From assembly GCA_963677925.2 (NCBI GenBank), contig CAXXYH010000003.1:256001-320000 (forward strand): DNA of 64,000 nt. Direction: 5' to 3'. This stretch comes from Spirochaetia bacterium. GTDB lineage: Bacteria > Spirochaetota > Spirochaetia > UBA9216. The notes beneath the pieces were generated by a model. That model saw only the letters and a program-made list of their open reading frames with translations, ran no database searches and had not been told where the DNA came from. This document shows, piece after piece, positions 30,567-40,685 of the stretch (its first letter is position 1; each line of letters begins with the position of its first letter). The translations under genes were made by a program, and so were the position numbers.

Positions 30567-31846
30567 ATTGCGGTTCCATCCTGAAGAATCGCATTCTTAT
30601 GAATAATCAGAACTCCGTCAACTATATGATAATTTCCGTAATCGCCGTCCTTCCGCTCAAAATTATCTATACCTATACGGCAGTGAGCACCTATTCTGGC
30701 GTTTTTATCAATAATTGCCCTTTTGATTATTGCACCGCGGCCTATACCGACATTGGGAATATTCTTTTTTCTGTTTTCCTCAACCTGTTCAGGCGTTTCA
30801 TAAAAATCGGCACCCATACAATATACACCGTCAAGGGTGGCTCCGTCTGAAATTATTGTTCTTGCTCCGACAATTGAGTATGAAATTGACGCATCAGTAA
30901 TTATGGACCCCTCAGCTGCAAGAGACTGCTTGAATGTACAGGAATTAATTTTTGAAGGAGGAAGATGCCTTCGGTAATTATAAACAGGGGTTTCTTCATC
31001 GTAAAGGTTGAAGTTAGGTTCTATTGAAGCGAGGTTTATATTAGCCTCATAGAAGTTTTTAATAGTTCCTATATCCTCCCAATAGCCGTTGTATACATAA
31101 GATTTAACATTAAGGCTTTTTATTGCCTCAGGAATAATCTCCTTACCGAAGTCGGTAAAATCAGATTCCAGACACCTGTGCATAACATCAGCGTTAAAAA
31201 GATAGATACCCATAGATGCAAGATAATCCTTACCGGATTCCGGTCTTATTGAGTTACGTTCGGCAACCTCCTGGGGGATTTTATAATCATTAATATCCAG
31301 ACTGGGCCCGGGTTTTTCAAGAAACATATTGATTGTATTTTTTTTATCCGTCTGAAGGATTCCAAGTTCATTTGCATCTGTTCTTGTAACAGGGGTGGAT
31401 GCTATTGAAATCTCTGCACCCCGTTCCTTATGCTTATTCAGAAAATCTTTTAAATCCATCTTATACAGCTGATCTCCGGATAAAATCATATAATGAGTAG
31501 GCTGGTTGTCCGAAAACCGCTGAAGGTTTTTTCTGACCGCATCTGCAGTGCCCTCATACCATCCGCTGCTTGAATGAGTCTGCGAGGCTGCAAGAATTTC
31601 AACAAAGCCCTTTGAGAAAACATCAAACTGATATGCTCTGTTTACATGAAGGTTAAGCGACGCTGACTCAAACTGGGTAAGAATATATATCTGTCTAAAC
31701 CCGGAATTAATACTGTTTGATATGGCTATATCAATAAGTCTGTATTTTCCGCCGAAAGAAACCGCAGGTTTTGCACGTTCCTTTGTAAGAGGATAAAGCC
31801 TGGTACCCTTTCCGCCGCCCAAAATAATGATAATCACTCTGTCCAT
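30563..31846 (-). CDS. glgC: Glucose-1-phosphate adenylyltransferase (cyanobacterial/plant-like type)
   Basis: ILGGGKGTRLYPLTKERAKPAV, GTADAVR, LSGDQLY, ASMGIY, GADFYET, AIIDKNARIG; ATG 31846 after AAGGAGAGG. Confidence 0.95.
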   Translation of the reverse strand: MDRVIIIILGGGKGTRLYPLTKERAKPAVSFGGKYRLIDIAISNSINSGFRQIYILTQFESASLNLHVNRAYQFDVFSKGFVEILAASQTHSSSGWYEGTADAVRKNLQRFSDNQPTHYMILSGDQLYKMDLKDFLNKHKERGAEISIASTPVTRTDANELGILQTDKKNTINMFLEKPGPSLDINDYKIPQEVAERNSIRPESGKDYLASMGIYLFNADVMHRCLESDFTDFGKEIIPEAIKSLNVKSYVYNGYWEDIGTIKNFYEANINLASIEPNFNLYDEETPVYNYRRHLPPSKINSCTFKQSLAAEGSIITDASISYSIVGARTIISDGATLDGVYCMGADFYETPEQVEENRKKNIPNVGIGRGAIIKRAIIDKNARIGAHCRIGIDNFERKDGDYGNYHIVDGVLIIHKNAILQDGTAI

Positions 31847-31972
31847 ATTCCTCTCCTTATATATGGTTATTATATAATGATGTTCCTGATTTTCGCAAAC
31901 CAACATTTGGTTAATAATTAAGATTATTTCCCTCTCTATTAAAATCTGCTGTATTTAGGTATACTCCTGTTT

Positions 31973-32650
31973 ATGAAATTGAATTTTGTTGATTTAGGCA
32001 AAATGAATTACGGTGAAGCCCTGGAGATACAGCACAAGGCGGTATCCCTCATTCAGCAGGATAAACTTTCCAATACACTTTTTTTCGTTGAACATTCTCC
32101 GGTTTTAACTCTTGGCAGGCGTACTGAAAGAAAGAATATACTCGCTACGGACCAAATGCTTGAGGATGAGGGTGTTGAACTCTTTGATGTAGAACGGGGC
32201 GGTGATGTAACCTATCACGGACCGGGACAGCTTGTAGGATACCCTGTACTAAGACTTGAAGAATTCGGAAAGGATCTTCATCTTTATGTCAGCATGCTTG
32301 AGAGTGTAATCGAAAATCTGCTGAAAGAAGAATACGGAATTGAAACAACCTCCGACAAGGGTAAGTATACAGGGGTATATATAGGCTCAAGAAAAATTAC
32401 TGCAATCGGAATAGCTGTCCGGAAGTGGATAAGTTTTCACGGCTTTGCCTTTAATGTAAAAACCAATCTGAAACATTTTGACTGGATAATCCCCTGCGGA
32501 CTTGCTGACCGAAGCGTTACTTCACTTGAAAAAGAACTTCAGGAAAAAGTCGACTTTGAACTGGTAAAACAGATGACACTTAAACATTTTTCGAATGTCT
32601 TTAAAGTCGACATTGCTGAAAAAAGCATAGGAGAAATACTTGAAATCTAA
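31973..32650 (+). CDS. lipB: Octanoyltransferase
   Basis: [44 protein letters not shown]. Confidence 0.95.
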   Translation: MKLNFVDLGKMNYGEALEIQHKAVSLIQQDKLSNTLFFVEHSPVLTLGRRTERKNILATDQMLEDEGVELFDVERGGDVTYHGPGQLVGYPVLRLEEFGKDLHLYVSMLESVIENLLKEEYGIETTSDKGKYTGVYIGSRKITAIGIAVRKWISFHGFAFNVKTNLKHFDWIIPCGLADRSVTSLEKELQEKVDFELVKQMTLKHFSNVFKVDIAEKSIGEILEI

Positions 32651-33506
32651 TTCAGGCAGGCCGGAATGGCTTAAAGTAAGATACCGTGCAGGAGCTGATT
32701 TTTCTTTTGTTGAAAACCTTCTTGAGTCTCTTAATCTTAATACTGTCTGTGAAGAAGCAGCCTGCCCCAACAAGGGTGAATGCTTTAACAGAAAAACAGC
32801 CACTTTTATGATTCTTGGAAAAGTATGCACTAGAAACTGCACCTTCTGCAATGTATCAGGCGGAACTCCTGAAGATGTATTATCTTCTGAACCTGAGAAT
32901 ATTGCACAGGCTGTAAAAGAATTAAAGTTGAAGCATGTCGTCATAACATCGGTTACAAGAGACGATCTTCCTGACGGCGGCTCCGGTCATTTTGCTGAGG
33001 TAATCAGCGAAATAAGAAAAGCCTATGCAGATGTGATTATTGAGGTTCTCATACCTGACTTCCAGGGCATTACAGATGATCTGAAAAGAGTTATTGATGC
33101 CGGTCCTCATATTATAAATCACAACGTTGAAACCGTGCCCCGGCTCTACGATGAAGTACGTCCAATGGCCGATTACCGGCAGTCGCTGGAACTTCTCGAA
33201 AAAGTTAAAACTTTTTCTGACGGGATCTATACGAAATCTGGGCTTATGACCGGTCTCGGTGAGAAAACTGAGGAAGTTATTCAGGTTTTCAGCGATCTTA
33301 GAAAAGCGGACTGTGATTTTCTGACTGTCGGACAGTATCTTGCACCTTCAGACAAACATCATCCCATAATCGAGTACACAACACCGGAGCAGTTTGACAT
33401 GTACGCGGAACAGGCCATGAAACTTGGTTTTCTGCATGTCTCATCCGCACCGCTTGTCCGCAGTTCATATCTTGCAGATGAAGCAATAAAAAATATTAAG
33501 TCCTGA
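32640..33506 (+). CDS. lipA: Lipoyl synthase
   Basis: [34 protein letters not shown]. Confidence 0.96.
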   Translation: MKSNSGRPEWLKVRYRAGADFSFVENLLESLNLNTVCEEAACPNKGECFNRKTATFMILGKVCTRNCTFCNVSGGTPEDVLSSEPENIAQAVKELKLKHVVITSVTRDDLPDGGSGHFAEVISEIRKAYADVIIEVLIPDFQGITDDLKRVIDAGPHIINHNVETVPRLYDEVRPMADYRQSLELLEKVKTFSDGIYTKSGLMTGLGEKTEEVIQVFSDLRKADCDFLTVGQYLAPSDKHHPIIEYTTPEQFDMYAEQAMKLGFLHVSSAPLVRSSYLADEAIKNIKS

Positions 33507-33518
33507 TTTTTACAGGGC

Positions 33519-33551
33519 AAAAAAAAGCAGCCGATCTCCAGCTGCTTTTTT
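33519..33551. terminator. Bidirectional terminator between lipA and hydA
   Basis: AAAAAAGCAGC...GCTGCTTTTTT. Confidence 0.82.
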
Positions 33552-33565
33552 ATTTTAAGAATCTG

Positions 33566-34969
33566 TTAGACTATCTGAGGACCCTTTCTCATGAGGTACT
33601 GTCCAAAGCCCTTCTCAACGCAGAGTTTATCTCCGTCGGTAACGGTAGTTCCGCGGATGATTGTTCTCACCGGCATACCTTTGATTTCCATGCCTTCGTA
33701 TGCGTTGTAGTCAACATTCATATGATGTGTCTTTGCAGAGATTGTATGCGTCTTCTCAGGATCCCAGAATACGATATCAGCATCTGAACCTACTGAAATT
33801 GTACCCTTTCTAGGATAGAGGCCCATAGCCTTTGCTGTATTAGTAGATGTTATAGCAACAAAACGGTTAAGATCAATTTTACCGGAGTTAACACCGTTAT
33901 GGTACATTACCATCATTCGGTCTTCAATTCCGGGAATTCCATTAGGAATCATATGCCAGCCGGGTTTACCCAGTTCCTTACCTGCTTTTTTGCCGTCAAC
34001 TCCGCCTTCATAATTGAAGGAGCAGTGGTCTGTAGAAACACACTGAAGAGTAGTATTTCTTAGAGCTTCCCAGATATATTTTGCATCTTCCGGTGTTCTT
34101 ACGGGTGGTCCGCATGCCCATTTGGCACCTTCAAAACCGGGAACACGCATATCGTCTTCAAACTTGAACATATACTGAGTACATGTTTCTCCCATTACTT
34201 TGTAACCCTTTGAACGTCCAATAGCCATCTGCTCGATAGAATCGCTGCAGGACATGTGGACAACGTAGAGTTTTGCACCTGTAATGGCAGCCATGGCAAT
34301 GGCTCTGGCAGTAGCCTCACCCTCAATCTCACGCGGATGTGCGACAAGATGATACTTGGGCTCGAGTTTGCCTTCAGCAACAAGCTTTTCAGTAAGCAAA
34401 GCAATGGCATCTCCGTTCTCGGAGTGTGTCATTAACATTATATCAGCCTCTGCAGTTTTCTCCATAGCCTTATACAGCGCGGTATCATCAACCATAAAAG
34501 CGCCTTTGTAAGCCTGAAAAACCTTCAGAGAACAAACACCGATATCATTGAGGGTGGAAATTTCATTGATAGATTCTTCTGTAGGATCGGTTATAGCAAT
34601 ATGGAAACCATAATCGATGATGGTATTTCCCTTTGCCTTTTCCTGCCACATTTCAACACCCTGTTTCAGGGTCTGACCTTTCTGCTGTAAAGCAAAGTCA
34701 ATGTGAGTAGTTGTACCGCCGAATGCAGCTGCTGACTGTCCTGTGTAGAAATCGTCAGCTGTTATTGTACCGCCGAATGGCATATCCAGGTGGGTATGCG
34801 CATCGATACCACCGGGTATAAGGTATTTTCCTGAAGCATCTATAACTTCAGCGCCTTCTGAAGGAAGGTTTGATCCAATCATGGCAATTTTCTCGCCGTC
34901 GATCAGAACATCAGCCTTATAGGTGTCACTGGCGGTTACAATTGTACCGTTTTTAATAAGGGTCTTCAT
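33566..34969 (-). CDS. hydA: Dihydropyrimidinase / hydantoinase
   Basis: PGGIDAHTH, AAAFGGTTT, HSENG, YVVHMS, GETCTQY, STDHC, PNGIPGIE. Confidence 0.93.
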   Translation of the reverse strand: MKTLIKNGTIVTASDTYKADVLIDGEKIAMIGSNLPSEGAEVIDASGKYLIPGGIDAHTHLDMPFGGTITADDFYTGQSAAAFGGTTTHIDFALQQKGQTLKQGVEMWQEKAKGNTIIDYGFHIAITDPTEESINEISTLNDIGVCSLKVFQAYKGAFMVDDTALYKAMEKTAEADIMLMTHSENGDAIALLTEKLVAEGKLEPKYHLVAHPREIEGEATARAIAMAAITGAKLYVVHMSCSDSIEQMAIGRSKGYKVMGETCTQYMFKFEDDMRVPGFEGAKWACGPPVRTPEDAKYIWEALRNTTLQCVSTDHCSFNYEGGVDGKKAGKELGKPGWHMIPNGIPGIEDRMMVMYHNGVNSGKIDLNRFVAITSTNTAKAMGLYPRKGTISVGSDADIVFWDPEKTHTISAKTHHMNVDYNAYEGMEIKGMPVRTIIRGTTVTDGDKLCVEKGFGQYLMRKGPQIV

Positions 34970-35065
34970 TGTATTACCTCCGAAAAATTACATTCACGAT
35001 GTTAGCGTGAACAATTACATTCTAATACCTATATATTAATCAGGCAACCTGAAATTGTCTTATAT

Positions 35066-36994
35066 TCAGGGTTTTGTATCGTTGAGAACTTTTATGATGT
35101 AAAGTGACAGATACTGTCTGAATTTTTCCTTCTTTTTTATAACATTGAAGGCGCTGTTTCTTGAAAGCAGTTCAGCAATATTCTCAACACGCTCAGGATC
35201 TGGCACAGCAAAGGCTGTTTCTCTGAGGATCTTTCTCATATAGTCACGGACCATATTCTTAACATCCTTGACGAGATTGTTTCTTGCTTCATAATCGAGT
35301 AGCGGATTCCATTCCTCCTGAAGTTCAGTAAGGGTGTTTTCAATTGTAAAACTTGTATAATTATACCTTAGCTTAAGCAATTCTACACCCTTCTTATAAT
35401 CCTGAGAGGAAACCTTTTTGACGGAACCTGCTGCCGTAGATCTTGGAACATGATTTGAATCTGAAATAGTTATCCTGGATTCTTTAGTTTCAGAGGCCGT
35501 CTTTTTAACCTTCCGCTTGCGGCGTCCACGGAACATGAATACAAGCTTTCTGAGAAAAGAAAAACTCATCCAGAACGGCATTGAACTTCTGGCTACTGAA
35601 TACAAATCCTTCCTGCGGAGATCAAGAATAATAGAAATAGGCTTCATATGAACGGCCTTATCCTCCATCCAGCCCTGAATTACCGCCTTCAGTTTGATAT
35701 TCTTTGATTCCTGCATGGCAAGATAAAGAAGTTCATAACTTAAAAGAGCAAAAAGCAGGGGATCTTCCTTTTTTATGTCCTTCACCAGTTCCGCATGATA
35801 TACCTCATCACTTGTCATGGCAGGCAGCATTCTGTACTCATTCATCGCATCAATCCAGTTATCAAGAATCTTCTTGCGGTAAAAATCATGAGCATTCGCA
35901 ACCTTTCGGTGTACAAGTGTCAGGATGGAAGACTTATGGATGTAATAAATCTTCTTGTCAACGGTCTTAATTTTTACAAGCTCAGGAAGTATTTCATCTT
36001 CCTTAATCTTCAGCTTGCCTTCAATAAACTCATGAAGATCTTTTTTTGAAAACTTGCTGTTAAGGTAGGGACCGGATTTATCCTTAAAATCATAAATATC
36101 ACTGATAGAATAATAAAAGGGTTCCTTCTTAAGCTGATCCCCTACACTTTTAAGGGCACTTTCCTTCTGCTTCTGCCGCTGTACAATACCTTTATAATAA
36201 AGAATATAACCGTGAATAAGGATGGAGGAATGAAGAATGCCCTCATCCTGACTTGTTTTATTCTCTTTATCTGAAAGTTCCTTCCTGATAAAGGCTGAAA
36301 GCTGGGTCCAGAATGTGAAAATAAACTCATCCGGCTTACGGATATTGGTTACAGCTCTGCCGGGGTTGCCCTGGATCATCTTTATTAGTTCTCCCAGTGC
36401 CCGGGTATTCTGCTTAAAAAGGGGTATCATCTTGTGGTAGATATAATTGGAATTATTTTTGTGAACCAGATAATTTCTCATCTTGTTAACAGCAAGTGAG
36501 AGAAGCCGGTTTTTTATCTGAGCTCCCGGAGCAATTATATTATTAACTCCGCTGCTGAACTTAAGACGGTAGAGCTGATTATCTTTTGAAGAATTAAGAA
36601 CTATTGTCATTTCATCAGGCATGTTCAAATTAAACAGACTGTCTTCCGGTATTCTGATGTTAATACTGTTTTCGGTAGGAAAAGGATAATCGGAATTAGC
36701 TTCAACTTTGGCAAATTCCGCTTCAACAGCTGTAGCCTGAAAACTGATGTTCTGGATAAATGTTATCCGGCTGCCCTCATATACAAGTTTACAGTCACCG
36801 GATTTTTCAAGATCGATGAGCATTGCTGTCAGAATATCATCGGTATTGGTCTCAAAAACTGAATATCGGTCATTTTCATCATTTAAAACGAGCTGATGAA
36901 TAAATTCCAGAAGGCTGTCGTAGTCAATTTCCCAGATATTTTTCCTTTTGGAATAAGCATTTATGATTCTTGTCAGAATATTGGTTCCGGCCAT
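35066..36994 (-). CDS. Large soluble hypothetical protein
   Basis: 642-aa ORF; TTGACA-17-TAGGAT promoter 8 nt upstream of the ATG; no motif recognised. Confidence 0.7.
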   Translation of the reverse strand: MAGTNILTRIINAYSKRKNIWEIDYDSLLEFIHQLVLNDENDRYSVFETNTDDILTAMLIDLEKSGDCKLVYEGSRITFIQNISFQATAVEAEFAKVEANSDYPFPTENSINIRIPEDSLFNLNMPDEMTIVLNSSKDNQLYRLKFSSGVNNIIAPGAQIKNRLLSLAVNKMRNYLVHKNNSNYIYHKMIPLFKQNTRALGELIKMIQGNPGRAVTNIRKPDEFIFTFWTQLSAFIRKELSDKENKTSQDEGILHSSILIHGYILYYKGIVQRQKQKESALKSVGDQLKKEPFYYSISDIYDFKDKSGPYLNSKFSKKDLHEFIEGKLKIKEDEILPELVKIKTVDKKIYYIHKSSILTLVHRKVANAHDFYRKKILDNWIDAMNEYRMLPAMTSDEVYHAELVKDIKKEDPLLFALLSYELLYLAMQESKNIKLKAVIQGWMEDKAVHMKPISIILDLRRKDLYSVARSSMPFWMSFSFLRKLVFMFRGRRKRKVKKTASETKESRITISDSNHVPRSTAAGSVKKVSSQDYKKGVELLKLRYNYTSFTIENTLTELQEEWNPLLDYEARNNLVKDVKNMVRDYMRKILRETAFAVPDPERVENIAELLSRNSAFNVIKKKEKFRQYLSLYIIKVLNDTKP

Positions 36995-37130
36995 TAACAG
37001 TAATCCTACCGGCGCTTCAACGCTTTGTCAACGATGTTATTTTTTGATGTTATTTTTTTTATTTCATCAATTTGAACTGTCAGAGGTTTTTACTTGCTTT
37101 TATTTCTTTTTTGCCTTTACAATAAATATT

Positions 37131-37895
37131 ATGAAAGATCTCAAATGGTATTTTCCGGATAATCTTTCAGCTGCAGTTGAACTATTTTCCGCTGGTAACA
37201 AACTTCATGGCGGGGGCACCTTTCTTTTCAAATCTCCGCTCAACACGCCCGGTCTGATTGATTTAAGACATATCACACAGATGAATACAATTGAAATTAC
37301 TGATGATACAATCAGAATCGGTGCGAACTGCACCTATACCGATATTTCAAAGTTTCTATCAGAATTAGATGCCGAAAATATTTTCACAGCATCGATCGGA
37401 AACGCGGCAGCAACTCCGCTGCGTAACCGAATCACATTGGGCGGCAGCATTCACGCTGCTCCGAAGTGGTCCGACATCACCGGCCCGCTTCTTGTTTCAG
37501 ACGCCGGACTTCTTATCAACGGTTCTGAAGCTTCGGTTTCTGCAAAAGACTATTACAGCAGCAGGGAACTTAGAAAATCAGGGATTATATCCGAGGTGCT
37601 TATAAAGCTTAGCAACTTAAAAGGCAGCTATTTCAGATATACCAGAACTGATTTCGATTACCCCTTCTTTACTGTCTCTGCAGGAGCAGCAGCAGAAGGG
37701 AAATTTAACGTTGCAGTAACCGGAATCTCCGGCGGTTATCTATTATACAGCGGTACCCCTGATGAAATTATTGAACAGATTGATGCAGAAGCCGTATTCA
37801 GCGATGAAAGAGGTACCGGAGCTGAATATCTGAAACACCGCCTTATGGTTGAACTTAAAAGAACTCTCTCAAAGACCGGAGGTGACAATGTCTGA
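37131..37895 (+). CDS. Molybdo-hydroxylase FAD-binding subunit (YgfM-like)
   Basis: LHGGGT, IRIGA, LRNRITLGGSI; start moved to ATG 37131 (about 254 aa). Confidence 0.8.
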   Translation: MKDLKWYFPDNLSAAVELFSAGNKLHGGGTFLFKSPLNTPGLIDLRHITQMNTIEITDDTIRIGANCTYTDISKFLSELDAENIFTASIGNAAATPLRNRITLGGSIHAAPKWSDITGPLLVSDAGLLINGSEASVSAKDYYSSRELRKSGIISEVLIKLSNLKGSYFRYTRTDFDYPFFTVSAGAAAEGKFNVAVTGISGGYLLYSGTPDEIIEQIDAEAVFSDERGTGAEYLKHRLMVELKRTLSKTGGDNV

Positions 37896-38376
37896 TTTTA
37901 TTGAGATGGATTTTATAATCAACGGCAGAAGGGAATCATACAGGTTCAACCCCGGCGATACACTGCTTAAAGTTCTGCGTGATAACGGACATACAGAAGT
38001 TCATAACGGCTGTGAAAGCGGCGACTGCGGAGCCTGTGTCGTAATCATGGATGGCAGAACGGTTAATTCCTGCGCTGTATTTGCAGCCACAGCCTCGGAA
38101 CGCGAAATTATAACAGTTAAGGGTATCGGCAGCGTTCACAAACCGCATCCCATCCAGACAGCCTTTGCCGAAGCAGGCGCTATCCAGTGCGGATTCTGTA
38201 CTCCCGGACAGATAATGAGTACATACGCACTTTTAATGAATAATCCTGATCCCGGAATAGGTGAAATTAAAAAAGCACTCGACGGCAACTTATGCAGATG
38301 CACAGGCTACAAAAAAATAATTGAGGCGGTTCAGTTATCTGCATCAAGAATGAGGGAGGCTGATAATGAAGCATAG
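37888..38376 (+). CDS. Molybdo-hydroxylase 2x[2Fe-2S] subunit
   Basis: GCESGDCGAC...NSC, QCGFCTPG, GNLCRCTGY; ATG 37888 after GGAGG. Confidence 0.92.
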   Translation: MSDFIEMDFIINGRRESYRFNPGDTLLKVLRDNGHTEVHNGCESGDCGACVVIMDGRTVNSCAVFAATASEREIITVKGIGSVHKPHPIQTAFAEAGAIQCGFCTPGQIMSTYALLMNNPDPGIGEIKKALDGNLCRCTGYKKIIEAVQLSASRMREADNEA

Positions 38377-40684
38377 TTTTAAAGAAGCCTCTGTATCTCA
38401 CCCTAAATATGATGCACTGTCACTGGCCTGCGGGAGCGAGCATTATACCGACGACTATAAAACTGATAATCCTGTTTATGTTGCCTTTCTCTATTCCAAA
38501 ATAGCCTTCGGTGAAATCATATCAATAGACACTTCTGAAGCTGAAAAAGCTGATGGTGTACAGGGGATATATCATTATGGAAATACCCCTTCTACACTGT
38601 ACACGACAGCAGGTCAGGGTTTTCCGGAACCATCTCCGTATGACTGCAGGATGTTCGATCGTTATGTCCGATTCTGCGGCGATCGTATAGCAGCTGTCGC
38701 TGCCGATGATATAGAAACTGCCAGAAAAGCCGTTAACCTGATTAAAGTTGAAATACGGGAAAAAACACCGCTTTTCGATGTTGAATCAGCGATGGAGTCG
38801 GATGCTCCGAGGCTTCATTTTGATGACGAATACCCTGCGATTCCGGTAACTTATAAACCCGAAAAAAACCTTGCCGCCGAAGTAATTATCGGATTCGGCG
38901 ATATGGAAAAAGGGTTTGACACAGCAGATGAAATTCTTGAGGACAGTTACAGCATGCAGTACGCGTCCCACTGTGCCATGGAGCCTCATTCAGTTATTAC
39001 ATATTTCGACAGCCGCGGCAGGCTTGTGATCGTTTCCGCAACCCAGGTTCCCTATCATGTAAGACGCATAACAGGAAGGGTCTGCGGCCGTGAGCTTAAA
39101 CAGATACGCGTAATAAAACCGCGTGTGGGCGGAGGATTCGGCGGAAAGCAGGAGGTTTTTCTTGAACCTGCGGCTGCATGGATAGCCTGGGACCTTAAAA
39201 GATCTGTTCGTATTATTCTTTCAAGAAAAGAAGTCTTTATCAGCAGCAGGACACGACATCCAATGCGGAGCCGTGTGAAAATCGGTTTTAAGAAATCCGG
39301 TAAAATAACCGCTCTGGAAATAGACGATCTGATGAACGCAGGAGCCTACGGACCGCATGCTCTTACTGTTCTTTCAAACGCAGGCGCAAAGGTACTTCCG
39401 CTCTACAATAAAATTGAGAATATGGCGTTCACGGGAAGGTCAGTATATACAAACCTTCCGGTAGGCGGGGCATATCGCGGTTACGGAGCTACCCAGGGTT
39501 ACTTTGCACTGAATCAGCATATAGATGAGATTTCAAGACGCTGCGGCATAGATTTTCTCGACTATGTGATGAAATGGCATATAAAATCGGGTGAAACATC
39601 CAAAGTCTTTGAAGCCCTCGGTGAGGGAAAAGAAGGCGTCAGTCAGTACATTCGGTCCTGCGGCCTTGATGAATGCATCAAAAGGGGCGCAGCCGCCATC
39701 GACTGGAAAAACAAACGCGGAAAAAAAATAAAAAAAGGAAGCCTTATAAGCGGCGTCGGCGCCTCTGTAAGCATGCAGGGGTCCGGAATTCCCGAGATTG
39801 ATATGGCAAGCTGTTATATCAAGATGAATGAGGACGGTTCTTTCAATCTGCAGACTGGAGCTACTGATATAGGCCAGGGTTCGGATACCATCCTTGCTCA
39901 GATTGCAGCTGAAGTGCTGCACACCGAAACAGCAGAATTTATTGTTCTCTCATCAGATACAGATACAACACCCTTTGATACCGGAGCTTATGCTTCTTCG
40001 ACTACATATGTAACCGGGAATGCTGTTAAAAATTGTGCTCAATCCGTTTTCAGTCAGATTATGGACGCAGCCTCTGAAATGCTGGGAATACCGGTTGATA
40101 AACTCAAGGCGGAAACAGGAATAGTAACAGCAGATAACGGAAAGAAAAGTATAACCTACGGTGAAATCTGCGCCTACAGACTTTATACTTCCGGACAGTT
40201 TCAGATTCAGGCTACCGAATCCTATGTCGGAAGTGAGTCGCCGCCCCCTTTCACAGCGCAGTTTGCTGAAGTAACTGTAGACACGGAAACCGGTGAAATA
40301 AAAGTAGTTAAATTTGTAACAGGCATGGACTGCGGAACAGCTCTCAACCCGATGCTTGCAGAAGGTCAGATAGAGGGAGCGGTCATGAACGGTATTTCCT
40401 ATGCTCTTACAGAAGAATACCTGTTCAATAAAGACGGCCGAATGACTAATCCGGACTTCGGAGCCTATAAAATCTTCAATGCAGCAGATGCTCCGGAGAT
40501 GGTTACAATTATTGCGGACAGTTTTGAAGAAACCGGACCTCTCGGAGCCAAAAGTGTCGGAGAGATTGCTCTTAACGGTCCGGCACCGGCAATTGCAAAT
40601 GCAGTCTTTGACGCTGTCGGAATAAGACTTACCCAGACCCCGTTTACAGCGGAAAAGGTATGGGAAAAACTTAACAGGGTTTAA
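38366..40684 (+). CDS. Molybdopterin-binding subunit, XdhD-like
   Basis: YTTAGQGFPEPSPYD (XdhD-like), GGGFGGKQ, AYRGYG, DIGQG, GAKSVGE. Confidence 0.88.
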   Translation: MKHSFKEASVSHPKYDALSLACGSEHYTDDYKTDNPVYVAFLYSKIAFGEIISIDTSEAEKADGVQGIYHYGNTPSTLYTTAGQGFPEPSPYDCRMFDRYVRFCGDRIAAVAADDIETARKAVNLIKVEIREKTPLFDVESAMESDAPRLHFDDEYPAIPVTYKPEKNLAAEVIIGFGDMEKGFDTADEILEDSYSMQYASHCAMEPHSVITYFDSRGRLVIVSATQVPYHVRRITGRVCGRELKQIRVIKPRVGGGFGGKQEVFLEPAAAWIAWDLKRSVRIILSRKEVFISSRTRHPMRSRVKIGFKKSGKITALEIDDLMNAGAYGPHALTVLSNAGAKVLPLYNKIENMAFTGRSVYTNLPVGGAYRGYGATQGYFALNQHIDEISRRCGIDFLDYVMKWHIKSGETSKVFEALGEGKEGVSQYIRSCGLDECIKRGAAAIDWKNKRGKKIKKGSLISGVGASVSMQGSGIPEIDMASCYIKMNEDGSFNLQTGATDIGQGSDTILAQIAAEVLHTETAEFIVLSSDTDTTPFDTGAYASSTTYVTGNAVKNCAQSVFSQIMDAASEMLGIPVDKLKAETGIVTADNGKKSITYGEICAYRLYTSGQFQIQATESYVGSESPPPFTAQFAEVTVDTETGEIKVVKFVTGMDCGTALNPMLAEGQIEGAVMNGISYALTEEYLFNKDGRMTNPDFGAYKIFNAADAPEMVTIIADSFEETGPLGAKSVGEIALNGPAPAIANAVFDAVGIRLTQTPFTAEKVWEKLNRV

Positions 40685-40685
40685 G

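Noticed and set aside
34993-35011. TTCACG-N7-CGTGAA as a Rex operator
   Set aside because: Half-sites are in the opposite order and spacing to TTGTGAA-N4-TTCACAA; kept only as a leader hairpin.
36963-37130. N-terminal extensions given by the ORF track (also at 19975, 31906, 37849, 41878, 52867, 63944)
   Set aside because: They cover promoter DNA or upstream genes; downstream starts fit SD or promoter geometry and family length better.
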